Assembly: GCA_037447605.1 (NCBI GenBank)
Contig: CM074810.1
Location: forward strand, 868,001 to 932,000
Source: Zygnema circumcarinatum SAG 698-1b
Lineage: Eukaryota; Plantae; Zygnematophyceae
DNA: 64,000 nt
Direction: 5' to 3'
Positions within the stretch are counted from its first letter, which is position 1; each line of letters opens with the position of its first letter. The notes under the pieces were generated by a model. The model saw only the letters and a list, made by a program, of their open reading frames with translations, made no database searches and was not told the origin of the DNA. This document shows positions 1 to 13,200 of the stretch, piece after piece. A program made the position numbers and the translations under genes.

Positions 1-271
1 GCCACGACTTCGTCCCCTGTTGCATCGACACACTCGGTCAGGCTCAGGGAGGTGCAGATTGTTATGATGTTCTGCTATGCTTTGGCAAGACAGGGTATTG
101 AAAATTAGAGTGGAGCTGAATTAAAGTAAGAAAAAACTGGCTTTAGGTCTGTCGGGTCTAAAAATTTTGCAGTTAACTCACATACCGAACACGTATGCAT
201 GCAGTGCCAAGTTTGTCGATCCTTCAAATCTGACTTAAGTCTGGATTTGAACTTTGCTTTCATTTGTGCAG

Positions 272-3119
272 GTCAGGCATACGCTTGGTGGCGGCAAGAA
301 ATGTGACGAAAGGAGATGTTCTTGCAGTTGTTCCAAGTCATCTCGTCATTTCTGCCAACCATGCCTTTGGCGAGGGTGAAGCTCCCTGCTCTGGCAGTGA
401 TGTTATGCGGCAGGTGCCCTCCACGATCATTGCTATGGCAGCGTGGGTTCTCCAAGAGAAGGCTAAGGGGTCGGATTCATTATGGGCTCCATATATTGCC
501 CTGCTTCCGAGCTATGTTCCCCTGCCATTCTATTACGAAGATGATCTGCTGGACGAATTTCAGGACAAGGACATGAAGATAATGGTAAGCTTATCGAATG
601 TCGAAAAGTTTCCAGAGCAATGAGGGGGATATTAGGATTAGATTGAGTGGTGTAGTGTACTATAAGAATCCGCTATTCTGGGCTTGTCCACAATAGGAAT
701 AATGGGACGACGAGTAGAAAGAGTGCAGGCCAACAAGTGAGTCATGGAGTGGAAAGTCGGGACAGGAATGGAGGTGGTGATGGCCCTTGATTGTGTATCA
801 CGCTAGGTTTTCTGCCCGCTTTGAAGCAACGACCCCAGCCCTCCTATTTGGCATGGGGTGCTTGTCAGCAATGCTGCTTATTGACCCGGTTGATGGATTT
901 TTAGTCTGCATGCTGCTGCTACCTGCAGTGCCGCTCTCTGAGAGGACTCTTCGAGGAGGTGCATAAGCGCTGCAATTCAGGAGTATTTGCCCATGCGAGC
1001 CTGGCAGAATTCATTTGGGCAATATCCATGACGCTCACGCGTAGTATTTCCCCTGGTATAAACGTTTGCGGCGCAGCAGCTCAAGTTGATGCGACCAAAC
1101 CATCAGCTGATCTGATCCTTGTGCCCCTAATGGACCTCATGGACCACAGTTTTGAAGAGCCTTCCGTATCATACAAGGTATCTACCTGACGATTTCAGTA
1201 TTCTTATACATTGACTATTCTGAATGACTACACAAGACTTGGGAATTCCTAATGCATGTGAACAATAGCTCTTGCTAAACGATAGGCTTGGCTCTGTCGG
1301 CCAACTGGATGCTTGTGTACGCTTGTTGTTGGCTTGTGGCCAATCTTGTCTACGCTTTATGCGCGTGTGTTATTTTAACCAACCACCACTTTTTAAATTG
1401 TTCACGTATTTGGCCTGTGACGAATACGGTATGGCTAACAGGGCAGAGGCTGGATTCGTCCAAAATGCGTCTTTGAAGCTTGGTTTGCTTGGTTTGCTTT
1501 GTTTTTTTTTTTTGTTTGTTTGTTTGGTTTGGTTTGGTTTGCTTTAGTCTTATGACCGAGCTCTTCCCTGTATCATTTTGATCTTCTATTTTTTTTTCTT
1601 TACTGATATCGGAAGAGGTTTCTTCTTGATATTCACTTACAGTCAGATCAGCACCTTCTTCTGTACCTTCTCCACCAAACTTGCTACCTCATGCATGTGT
1701 CTGCAGTCATATATCACTGGTGACCGGTCATCTCAAGATTCCTGTTTGTGTCAATGTATTCCATGTTGAAGTGCAACGCCGACGGTTCCCTCTCACTTTA
1801 CGCCACAAGTGACGTTTCCATGGGAGCGCCCCTGTACATGAACTATGCCTCATTATCGAATAGTGAGTGGGTGATTAAGTACGGTTTCTCCGCAAATGAA
1901 AACCCGCATGACTATGCCACAATGTTCCATACTATTCCTGAAGTAGTCGATTACTATGTCACAAACTTCCGCCAACATGATTTCAATGACATCGACAAAG
2001 CGTGGGCAGAAAAAGTCGGAAAAGCTGCAGTTGAATCCGTCAACAACATGCTTAAGGCGCGACCAGAAGGAATTCCTCGGTCAAGGGATGAGTTTTCGAC
2101 TGAAATGGGATATCCTGCTTTGTCGTATGGGCGGGTTGAGCCGAGACTTGTAGCAGTGCTTGCAGCTATTTGGCACTATGACAGCTATCGGGCAGGTAAG
2201 CAACTGTTGCTGTGCTTTTTTTATGTGCGCGGGAGCTAGAAAACTGAAGCAGACAGTTGCATTTCCAAGCAGAACATTAGCCAGCATTATGGAAGACGTT
2301 CTTCCCCTTATGTAGGAGTAAGGGATTCATGCTCTGGAGATAAGTGTATGGAAATTGCCAGTACTTTACGCTGAAAAAAACCAACTTGCATTCAGTAGCG
2401 CTGATTTCATGACCTGGTTACTCGTCGGGAAATTTCATTCCATGGTCAATAGGAACGTTCGGGTGTCTAGCATGTAAATTTGAGGAAACTTCTGTTTCAT
2501 TCGTATGTGACACTCATGATTTAGCTGACTTAACGATAATCACACTTGTCCACGTCTGCCTGCTGAATATGCAGAACCCAAATACGAGGAACTTAGTCGT
2601 CTGAGTATCATGTATGGATGGAATCATGACGGCGTCACATGCGATCAGCTTTATGAGCTGCCTGATGAGCTGAACTACAGCATACAGAGAGCCCTTGGGA
2701 TTATTTTCGAACGAGCACTGCAAATAATAAAAGCTTTTCCAACCACCTTTGACCAGGACATGTCCAGTTTGGGGCTCTTATTCTCTTGTCAAGAGGGAAA
2801 GGATCTCAGGCGTTGCCCGGAGGAGTTTGCAGACCTTCACCAGGAGCTGCAGGTAGTTCTTCAATACAGGATAGGTAGAAAAAGGCTGCTGTATGATCTC
2901 ACAAGCAGGCTGCTTCAAGTTTGTGAAGCTCCCGAGGAACTAGAAAATGGATCCGACGAGAACAGTCCTGGTCGAGCGGTTTCTGCTGATGAGGCCCTCA
3001 ATCAAAACTCAAGTCAGGAGGAGGAGGAGGAGGCGGAGGAGGAGGAGGAGGAGGAGGAGGAGGACGAGGACGAGGACGAGGATGAGGGTGATTATGAGGA
3101 GGAGAGTTGTGCATCGTAG
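272..3119 (+). CDS. SET-domain lysine methyltransferase, Rubisco LSMT/SETD3-like family (5'-partial; exons ~272-584, 929-1177, 1772-2195, 2575-3119)
   Basis: Spliced exons give SET motifs: GIRLVAARNVTKGDVLAVVP, WAPYIALLP, FIWAISMTLTRS, LVPLMDLMDHS and GAPLYMNYASLSNSEWVIKYGF. GT-AG junctions keep phase. The C-terminal part resembles the Rubisco-LSMT substrate-binding region and ends in an acidic tail. Confidence 0.85.
3016..3090 (+). repeat. (GAG)n/(GAC-GAG)n trinucleotide repeat encoding a poly-Glu/Asp tail
   Basis: The final exon of the SET gene reads EEEEEAEEEEEEEEEDEDEDEDE. Confidence 0.95.
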
Positions 3120-4474
3120 AGCTGAATCATGAATTTCATGGGACGATGAAGGGGGAATTTGGTGACATCCATAAGGATAGTATGCGATTAACTGCATCAA
3201 ATAAGGAACTCTGCACAGTCAGGAATTGCACGGCTTTTTTTTGGTGTGTTTTGACCACCGATCTATCGTTTCTTCAAGCCTTTCTCCCATAACTTCCAGT
3301 GAGGTCAAGCTGACCTCATCTTTGCAATGTTAAGCTCTGTAGATCAGCATGGAACAGATAAGTCAGGAATTCTTTATTAAGATTTCACCGCTGTCTAGCT
3401 ATCCGTCTCCCGCTCTCCAGCTCCCTCTTATCAATTGTTCACTTCAAACTATTATCAGTGGAAGGAGATGCTGCGGGGATCGTGCACCAAGCATGCTTAG
3501 AGGTTACATTTTTAAGTGCCCAGGCAGTACTAGGACGGTGTTGCTGAACCCTGACCTAGAATGTTCTAGGAGATCGATCAGCTGTAGTTTAGATTGTCGC
3601 ATTGGACTGTTCAATGTAGCCTTATGTGAACTAATCAGCGAATGAATAAATCCGTGGGAGCACTCGTCGTTGCTCTGCTGGCTTTGGTGAACTCTTTTTG
3701 TTCTGGCCCTTTTTGTTTGTGACCTTCTTCAATACAAAGCAGAGCGGCACTCTTTACTTTTGCCATTTACAGTGCAGCCTATAACATCACTTTTTACTCA
3801 TTGCAGACATTTTGCTACACTCCACTTGCAGTCTGTTGACATCGAAGCTTGAAAAGCTTTTATGTCATTTGTGAAAGTGATGCTACCAAGCAACCTTTGC
3901 TATACAGAGTAAAGTACCAGATTGCCCTTCGTGTTTGTACCAGCTCCGCGGGTTTTTCTGATGACATGAACTTCAATCTAGCCTGCAACAAAATGTGGCT
4001 GTCAAGAGGACAGGATCCGGGCATCAAAGCGACACAAACAGCTTCAAACAGCTTCAATGCCACATCACTTCTTCTGATTCAAACATTTTGTGTGCCATAT
4101 CCAAAAAACTAACAAATATCTGGAGCCTGCACCCGGTCCCGTTTAAGTACCGTGTTATGAGGAGCAAACTATTGACCCTCCTGCAATATTTGCCTGGTAG
4201 ACATGGCTTCGTTATAAAGGGAATCACTTGAGGAATAGTACAGAAGGACACACTCTAAAAGGGACACGGCTTCATGGAGAACAGTTGGGCCAGGGCCAGA
4301 CCATTTCAGCTATCTGCCAACAGCAGACGTTGGATGATTCACATTAGACAAGCGTAATACACAAAGTAAAAGCTCGTCTAAGATATTAAGCATTTGCTAG
4401 AGCACAAGTGTACAATTTGTGAGCAGGCCCATGTTCTTCTAGCGAGGCATATAATATGCAAAAAAATAGGTGGC

Positions 4475-7400
4475 TCATGTTTGCGAGGAGCCCCAGGAGG
4501 TCGCTGGATCCTCTCCTCGAGACAAGTAGCCTTTCTTATGCGCTTGGAAATGCACTCCTAGAAACTGCATTGGCGAAGGCTGCTTCTCCCCAAGCACGCC
4601 CCAATCCTCATAGTATGTGTAGTGCATGGATGTGGGCGTCTTCATACCCTCCTCAGGACGGTACCGGAAGAACTGCTCAGGTGTCTGCAAACAGTACGTG
4701 TATAAGCACAACACTCAGCTCAGATTGACAATAGAAGCAGCAGCAAAGCTCCTAAGCGACCATCGCCGCATGCATTAGTCACCAATGAAAAAGAGCTGCT
4801 GCAATCGGCCCTTGATCTTTTGTCAGGAGCAGGGAAGTAAAACAAACACAAAACACCCACAAAAAAGCAACCCACCTTGACAAAAAAGGAACATGAGAAG
4901 TAGACCTGCAAATGCAGCTCATAAGAGAATGGCCATAGAAATGCTTCTCGCTGATGTAGCCACGACCCACAGAGGCCTGGCCTATGCAGATTCCACGAGA
5001 GTTACAGGCAAAAAGTTACCCACCTGCACTGAGAAGTTGTTGTCGAATGTGCACAGGCCTTCATCAACCCAACTGGTCTTGTTGCACCATCGCGGCTGAC
5101 AGAGACTCTCCACCTTAAACCGAGGAGTGTAGAACCCCCTAATCCTGGCCGACCGGTCGGGGGTTACTCCGCTCTGCTTGTCAAAAAAGCACTGCACGTT
5201 CATAGTAACGGCCCAACTGTCACATGTTTTGCATATCCGCGGTTTTCTTCGAACAACCCGACCCTGGGCGAAGGATGCCAGTTTGCAGGTCCTATTTGCA
5301 CATCCTCACTTCACGCAAATAGCTTACTTAAAGCTGACAAACACGAGCTATCTGTACAGTGCTCCCTGGTTAACTTCGACACCTTCTGATATTCAAATGA
5401 AGACCTCAGTAGCCACGGAATCAAAGCTACGGAGGACAATTTCCGGCAAGTTGAAGAGCAGAAAGGTCCATCTGAGAGGGCTACTACTGTATTTCCGAAT
5501 TCTAGCCCGCCAATCCCCTCGGAAAAAGTCCAAATTCGCGGATTCCAAATTTGGCAAATTTCAGATTCCGAACTCGAAATGTCGATCATAGGTTCAAAAC
5601 TCACAAGGGCTGGGTCAAGCTTTTCTGGATGTTCATCAGCTACAATCTCAGCCAGTCAATCTGGAGAGGGAGTCCCTGATAAATTTAAAAAAGTGAGCTC
5701 CTTTAAGAAACCTATTCTCGCACAGATGGAGTGAACATACCTGAGGGTGAAGGTCCTGAGGGGGCTTTATCCAGCATGCTTTGAATGTATACCATCCAAG
5801 TGGCACCATGTCATTATACGCCTTCTGTTCCACCAAATGCTTGTCTCCAGGTTTTCCGAATAACACAGCACGCTGCAGCAGGCCATCCCTCCACATAAAT
5901 ATTCCCGTGTTCAGAATTCGAATACGACCAGAAACACTAATCTATAAATACAAACGGGAATCCTTACAAAGATCTCTCTGGTATGCATCCTTGATGCTGG
6001 CAACAGCATTCTATCTGACGGTTAACTGCTCAACCTCCAAGTTGGAGCGGCTCAAAGTTTAAGACCCTCTATCAGCAGACAGACCACGAATTAGACCCGA
6101 GTTGCCGAGCCTTTGTTTACATAAAAGATAAGCGAAGGCAAAGAAAAAGCTGGGTATCCAAATCTAAAAAAGAGAAAACGGATATGAAAATCTTCATAAT
6201 GTTCATACAGGAGCAAGCGGCCAGCAATTGACTTAAGAGTTGAAGAGAAGGGGGGGTTTCCTAGAAGGTGCACTCTGGAAATGGATCAGCCAGCATATTA
6301 TTCCTTTACCAAGCCTGAGGACTCCACGAATGTTCACATACAGATGCATTGATTATATATTCCTGAGCACTTCTACATTTAGACTTACCTTAAAGAACTC
6401 CACAAAGAAGTTATTGAAGTCTACCAACGCTTCATAGCTCCATAAGGACACATGACCCGAAACCGCAGTTGAGACGTATTGACTTGGTCCCAAGGGCGGC
6501 TTTAAGCTGGACATAGGAGGCAAATCACAGAGGGAAATGCAGTGTGAAGGAAATAAAAGGAGAGGCGTAAAGGCAGCCAAAAAAAAGAGCAAAATAGAGA
6601 GCAAGGGGAGAAAGGGGAGGAAGAGAGGAGTACAAGAGGGCAGCCCGATGAGTGTACACGAAGGTGGCAGAGACATAAGGTCAGGCTAAAAGTTTTCAGG
6701 GATTTAAAGAACAAAGAACAAACTCACCTACAAAGTCAGATGGGGACAAGGAAACCTCTGTTATAGAGCAACCGCTATGGATAGTCTACATATCCATGAC
6801 AATGCCTTCCTACCCATACAAGAAGGTCTGTACCAAAGGACATTCATTCCATCTCACCTGGGCCACCTGACGGCAAGCAGCAAATGTATCCTGGGGTACA
6901 ACATCTCCGCTAACTCCGTGACGTTGGCAAACAGCATAACGTCCGAATCTATATAGAACACGCGCGGAAATGCGTGCCGCTCCATGAATGCTCGCAAAAC
7001 AAACCATCGCACCTGGGAAGGGAATGCATTCTCCCTTGACCATCAGAAACCAGCATAAAGCGTATATCCCAACAGCCTCAAACAACGTTCATTGCCTATG
7101 GGTAAGGAACTTTGAGACCTCTCTGACCACCTTCAAGAGCACCCAGCCCTATATGAGTGAGTGGTAAGTACGACTGTAGAGATGATCGCGAAGGTCAGGT
7201 CATTGTACTCGACGACCTACGACTGCTTCAGAATGTGCCAATGAAATCACAAAACTCACTACCGCCATCCCTTCATTCCAGAAAAGCCCAAACCCCATTG
7301 TACTTTCTCACCTGATATCCAATAGGCTTTCCAATTGTGTCTGTGAACCAATCAATGACATCTTGATACTCTGGATACGGCTCCAAATTGATATCCAGCT

Positions 7401-9341
7401 CTTGAGCCATCTCTCGGCATTCCTCTGGGCCAATGAAGTACACGACATCATTGTATTTACGTGCTTGCTTCAGGTTGCGATAAATATAATGATTATGCTT
7501 GCAAGGTAAGGACCCAGGGCGCTGATAAAATTGTACCACAGGTATTTTCTGCGAGACAGGAAAGCAGAAGTGAATCACATGTGAACGCAAGCTGAAGTAA
7601 ACAGAGGGAGGGGAAAGGGAGGAGCCATGAGACAGAGAGGGGGCGAGCAATCCAAGAGAGGCAACTTGCACTCAAGAAGTGCTACAGTGGCCCTCAGAAT
7701 GAACAGACAGGACAGCTCTACAGCAAAAACATTTCCCATTTCACCGATAAGTACAACTGTAACCCACAAATGAAACACGTCCTTCTCTGACGACACGCTT
7801 TATGTCCTCACCTGCTTCTTCCATGGATCTTTAAGAGTCTTCAAAAGAACAGGCGACAATTCTCGAGCAAAAGGATTTGAATAGTTCTTACTCTGCAAGC
7901 CCCTCCACCAATTATCAGAAATTCACTAGGCTCGTCGTAAGGTAAATACGACAATTCACAAGAAATACGGATCTCTTCGCAAAAATAGTTTCTTTCAGTC
8001 TAGATTTTCTCCCAACTTCTGCGATCCAAAGCCGACGACGCATGTTTGAAACACCGGTTCCTACGCAGGAAAACAAAGGATCGTCTCGGACAGTTCTAGC
8101 AACACAAAGTGCTTATAGTAAACACATCAATACTGGTACTGTCCTCTATGACATCTCTAATCCATCCAAAGGACTCAAAAGGATCCATTTTCTAGTTTCT
8201 AGTGAAGAATACATTTTCAGGGTCTTACCGTCTGAAAAGCAATGTAGGGCTTGATTGCTTCCAAAGCGCCCGGCCCACCACGTGCAAGCCGCCGTCCGAA
8301 AAACAGGAAGCTACAAGACCCTGGTCTTCGACACTTATAGAACTGCCATGAGCTGCAAATATGAATAGGGTGGCAGACTTGAATGCAAAGAAAAATGCGT
8401 AGAAAGTGATATGAGAAGTAAGTCTGAGGAAAGCAAACGAAAAAAACTCGTTGAGCAGACATCGTACGGGCCTTGTGTCAATTGAATAAGTTTCAGTTCT
8501 GTAGTTGGACGAAGGAACGGCTAAGTATGAAAGACGTTTTTTTGTGTAAGCAGTCGTAAGAATTGGGACTGCAGTTCGCCCACCTTCACATCCATTTACT
8601 AGCTAGGTCCTAATGTCAGAGAATACGATTGGTATTTATCTCAGGAAGGCGACAGAGCACTCTCTCCATTGTCAGAGTAGTTGGCGAAAATAGAAGAACA
8701 TGTTCAGGAAAATGATTATGAAACTGGGAATTTCAGAAAAGAGCTTCGGCTATAAAAAGGCAATCTTGTCGAGAGTTTCTGAACTGGTCAACTACTAGTG
8801 TTGAAATAAGAACTGGGTCATGGTGCATGAGCCATGCAAGGGAAAGGACTGGATCTGCTACTCTGTATGCAAGCGCAAGAAAGGAGATCAAGCACTTTTA
8901 CTACATTTGCCATGTCCTGACAGCTAATTGATGTCAAACATTCGACAACAATGGGAAGACGTTAAGAGAAGGAACCAGGAAGAACAAGCTTAGGCGGCTC
9001 TAAGCTGTAAAGGCTGAAGATCAAAATAAGCCTGCGTTGACTTACTCGATGACACCAATAATGCCTTAATATTTTGCTAGTATTCAGGATCGACTTAAAT
9101 GGAAAGGACAAACGATCAATGTTTTTGAGGATCACCTGAGCACAAGCAAGAAGAGGAGAATAGACAGCTGTATCTGGCGAATGTGCTGTGGAACACTCTT
9201 AATTTGAAAGAGGCGTGGGAAAATAGCGAGCAGCTTCAGCAGCTTCGTATGAGAAGAATGATGCTCCTTGGGTTGGCTCTCTATGCGTATAGGCCCTTCC
9301 CTCTTCTTGGCCAGGCCGCGAGGAGACGGCAAACTGGCCAT
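4475..9341 (-). CDS. Type II membrane GT-A-fold glycosyltransferase of an unassigned family (multi-exon: 9341-9136, 8352-8229, ~7999-7893, 7548-7312, small exon(s) ~7250-7100, 7012-6858, 6506-6389, ~5941-5741, ~5190-5030, 4684-4475)
   Basis: The N-terminal hydrophobic anchor QIQLSILLFLLVLSSW spans a phase-2 intron. Catalytic-domain exons read KIPVVQFY..YIYRNLKQARKYNDVVYFIG, VRWFVLRAFMERHAFPRVFYIDSDVMLFANV (DxD), AVSGHVSLWSYEALVDF, YNDMVPLGWY, LCTFDNNF and QFLGVHFQAHKK. Some internal exons are uncertain. Confidence 0.75.
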
Positions 9342-9845
9342 GTCTCAGCAGCAGCAAAATTTCACCACGAACCCTAAAATCTCCCCTACACATGCGCTGT
9401 ACAGCCCGAGGCCTCAACCATTCGCAACGCCTCCCTGCCTTCCACTACAAAACAGCCCCTCCCTCTCTCCCTCATTCACCCGCTGTCAAATCACATTCAG
9501 AGGATCGGATGCCGCGGTCCTACTCAGGAGATGAGCACTGCCATGACCAGAGAGAGATGCCCGGCGAAACGCAGGGCAGAGAGAAGCTCACCGCTGACCT
9601 TCCCTCTCCCTCCGCCTCCAGATCTTCCCCAAGAGTAAGCAGGAACGCTCCTGCTAGGTGCCTATGCGTAGGTGCCTATGCGTAGGTGTCGGACGGACAG
9701 TCGGATCGTACAGTATCCGTGACAGTATCGGTTACCGTTCAAGTTGCAGTTGCTTTCGTACAAAAAACTGTACGACAATGTACGAACATGCATGCATAGC
9801 CCTCCCGCGGCCCAACGCATGCATCCGCACATCCACACGCGAGTG

Positions 9846-10128
9846 TGCGACACTTATGTCGCATTATGGGGTTCAGGCCACGCGATCCGTATAGTGCGAC
9901 GTTCAAGGTAGTCGTCGTACTCGGCATTCAAGTCGCACTATAGGGCTCACGTCGCACTATGAGCTGTGAGGCTTGGGTCGCACTATGAGGACCTTGTCGC
10001 ACTATGAGGCTCGCGTCGCACTATCTCGCAGAAGTCGAGGCGCCATACTGTATCCATTTAACGGCTACTTTTGCCTCGGGTCGCATGTACGACGTCGCAT
10101 TCTCGTCGCACGGTGCATCGGCGTCGCA
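9846..10128. promoter_or_regulatory. Array of 12 GTCGCA/TGCGAC motifs (five as GTCGCACTAT, one inverted ATAGTGCGAC) in the divergent GT/MAD1 promoter
   Basis: Motifs start at 9846(rc), 9858, 9895(rc), 9932, 9951, 9977, 9996, 10015, 10080, 10094, 10105 and 10123. A regulatory role is inferred from position only. Confidence 0.5.
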
Positions 10129-10291
10129 CAATGAGAAATCTTCATCGATTTCCGGAATTCGGAAAGGCCTCCAAAAGTAGGCTCCGGAATTTCGAAGCAG
10201 AATTCTGCAAGGCAAGCAGGGAGGAAGGGAGGGAGGGAGGGAAGCGAGAGGAAGCAGGCGGAGGGAGAGGAGGAGGCGAGGGCAGGGCGCC

Positions 10292-13200
10292 ATGGCGGCG
10301 ACTCCGAGGTCCGCTAAGCGCCTCCGCGAGCATTCTAAAGCCATGGCGAGCCCTGCGCGAGCTCCAGGCCCTGTAGGCGAGGAAGGTTCTCTGCGCTGCG
10401 CGTACTCATGCAGACACATGGTGAGTTCCTACCTCTTATTATCTTAGCGAGTCCTGCTGCCAAGAATGGGAGAGAGCTATTGTGCTTGAATGTACTGTAG
10501 CAATAATGCAAGCCATGTTTAAGACGGGAAATCCAACAGGGAATGAGTAGCGTGAGATAGAATATTCCATTCGATAGACTTAGCAAAAACAAATAGTTTT
10601 GGATTTTTCGTTTTGAATCAATTAGCATTTGAAAGGGGGTCATCCTTTTTTGGATAATGTAGCATAGCTTGAACTACTTACGCTTTTGGTTTGAAATAAA
10701 TGCAAGAATGCTATTTATGTAACCTTTCCATTGAGCTCCTGAAGCTCTGCTAAGGTCGTTTCAGAGATAGGCAACTCTGAATAGATTCTGTTCAATGGTC
10801 GTTCGCATGGTTAATTGTTAAGCCAAGGTGGCTAATTAACTTGTGCAGCTCAAACAAACCGCAGTCATGAAAGAGAAAAGCACCGAGGGATTTCCGACTT
10901 ATAGGAGCCATATCAGAGTTATCTCATACGACTCATCCCTTTTCCACCACCTTATAGCAACATGCTGTTATTTAAGTTGGCCTCCTTCAAGTCCTTAGTC
11001 TTTATTTTTTATCTCCAAAAAATTCTACCAAACGAGAGTTCACTCTAGAGTCATGCCTGATTGTACATGGCTTATTTGGATACATTCCTTTTGATGGATC
11101 TATGTTCATGACATTCCACAGTGAGTAAATATTTTTTTATTGTTGGTATATAATATGGTGGCGCTCGAGTCAACAACGCAAGCAGCAGCCTTGAAACAGC
11201 ATGTGTTGTGTTCGTCGTTACCTACTGTTGCAGTCGCAGTGCATTATTCTCTTCACTTTCGTCTTTTGCCACAACATCCCTTGAACTACGTTGTCCAACA
11301 AGTTTTCATGTATTAGGAGTTGAGTGCTTTTGTGCATATTCTATTCATTTTTCAACAAAATTTCCATAATAGGAACCATGAAAGCAAAACTGCTGCTTGA
11401 CTCTTTGCTACTTCCACGTTTCCACATACCACATAAACATGGTGAGTTACTTCCCTAGTGTTCAGCCGGAATTTTCGTAGTCTTTTTGATACCCTTTCTA
11501 ATGGATATCCGAAAATTCTGGGTCGATTTGCGAACGAATCTCATTCTGGACAAACTCTGAAGTCTTCCTTTACCTCCGATCTTCAGCTTTACATAATCCT
11601 GGCACTGTTCAGCGGCTCCTAATCGTTTTCATCCAAATGTCCAAAATTCTTAAGCGAAAGCTGTAGCTCATTTCCTCTAGAATCTGCTTTCTTGTTTGAT
11701 GTTTTCCGTTTCTAAAATTCAAAGTCGTTTGGACTTCGTTCTTAACTCTTCAATAAGTCAAAATTCTTGAAGCCTTTTCTTCAAGAAAGGGCTTGAAGTA
11801 GTAGCCTCTTCTTGCATACCAGTAAGCTTCCTTTACTCGCTTTTCGTTCCCTCCTGTTAACTTACCTTTTAGGTCGTGTTTAGGCATATCCTCCTTGGGA
11901 TAGTCTACACCTGGCCCTTTCGTTTCTTTTCCTTAATGTGATATCTACCATACTCGGGGGTGTTGAAAGGGTTAGCTTGATTTTCTCGCTCTTTTCTGAA
12001 ATTGCAGGTGAAGTCTGAAATTTTGGATGCTCTCGACCGCCGGGAGAAGGAGGTGGAGGAGCTGAAGGCTCAGCTAGCAACGGTACAACGGCGTCTGATT
12101 GCAGCAGGTAAACCACGGCTACTCTCCTTCGAATGTCAACGACAGTCTCCTTTAGTTTGACAGAAATTTGAGAAATGTCAGCTGTACATTAAGCTTTGCT
12201 ATGGATTACATAGCAACTTTGATGAGGGTGCCCAGCTTAACAACAGGCCCATGTTTTTCCTCCAGAATCACAAAAATCGGAGAGCAAGTACAAAGCCGAG
12301 CAGCTCGAGCAAACAGTGGCAGCGGGCACGGGGAAGGGGGAGTTTCTGCAGGAGAGACTGATGCATGAAAGTCAAAAGGGATTAGAAATTCTGCACACCC
12401 AGATCACAACTTGTGCTGACCTGCAGGTGTGCAAATCTGAATAGTGACTGCATTACGCCGCATTACGTTTTCAAGGATAATTCTTTGGGAAGATTTAGGA
12501 AGTCCAACTCACAGCCTGCAGGAGGTGATGCAGGCAGAGCTCATGAAGGAAAAGAAGGCACGAATGGAAGCGGAAGTGCAAAAGACGGTGGCAGTGGAGA
12601 AGTCGGCCATAGCGGAGATGTCTGAAAAACAAGCAAAAGAGCATGTTGCCCGAGATATGCAGCGAGCACGGGAAGCAGCAGAGAGAGAGCAGAGAGACTC
12701 ATCTGCTGCAGTGGCACGACTAGAAGCTGAGGTGGGTCCTTGCAGCCATGGCAGTCATACATTTTTTCGAGAAAGCTGAGCAATCACACAGCTATCATGG
12801 TCCAGGCAGCAGTCAAACTATTGACTTTTGCTTATCCTTGCGAATGTCGGCACTGATTCAATCCTCGTGCAGCTGAAGGTAGCGGAGGGTATGAGGAAAG
12901 CGTACGCATTGGAGATTTCAGCCCTTGAGCAGCAGCTGGGAGACTATCAGCAGGAGCTACGTGAGGTCAGTGATTACTGCTTGGAGAGCACAAAAGCTGA
13001 GGAAGCCCAAGTTTGTACATGGGCATCAGACTAGTAGCTTTTGCTCTCTTAGGATTCTAAAGACTGAATGGTGAAGAAAATCTCACAAACTGAGTTAGCG
13101 GGGACAGGCCTTGGAGGCCCGCCATCATGCAGAACTCGAACTGATGCAGGCGAGAATCTCTCCTTCAGACGGAGGGAAGAGGGAGAGAAATGAAACAGAG

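Noticed and set aside
9932-10024. CRISPR-like look of the GTCGCACTAT array (and of the 106-bp repeats)
   Set aside because: The repeats are only 10 bp with 9-16-bp linkers, the 106-bp units have no unique spacers, there are no cas genes, and the context is eukaryotic.
10421-12007. AT-rich 1.6-kb first intron of MAD1 as a possible viral or transposon relic
   Set aside because: All frames I read are closed by frequent stops, and I found no terminal repeats or recognisable motif.
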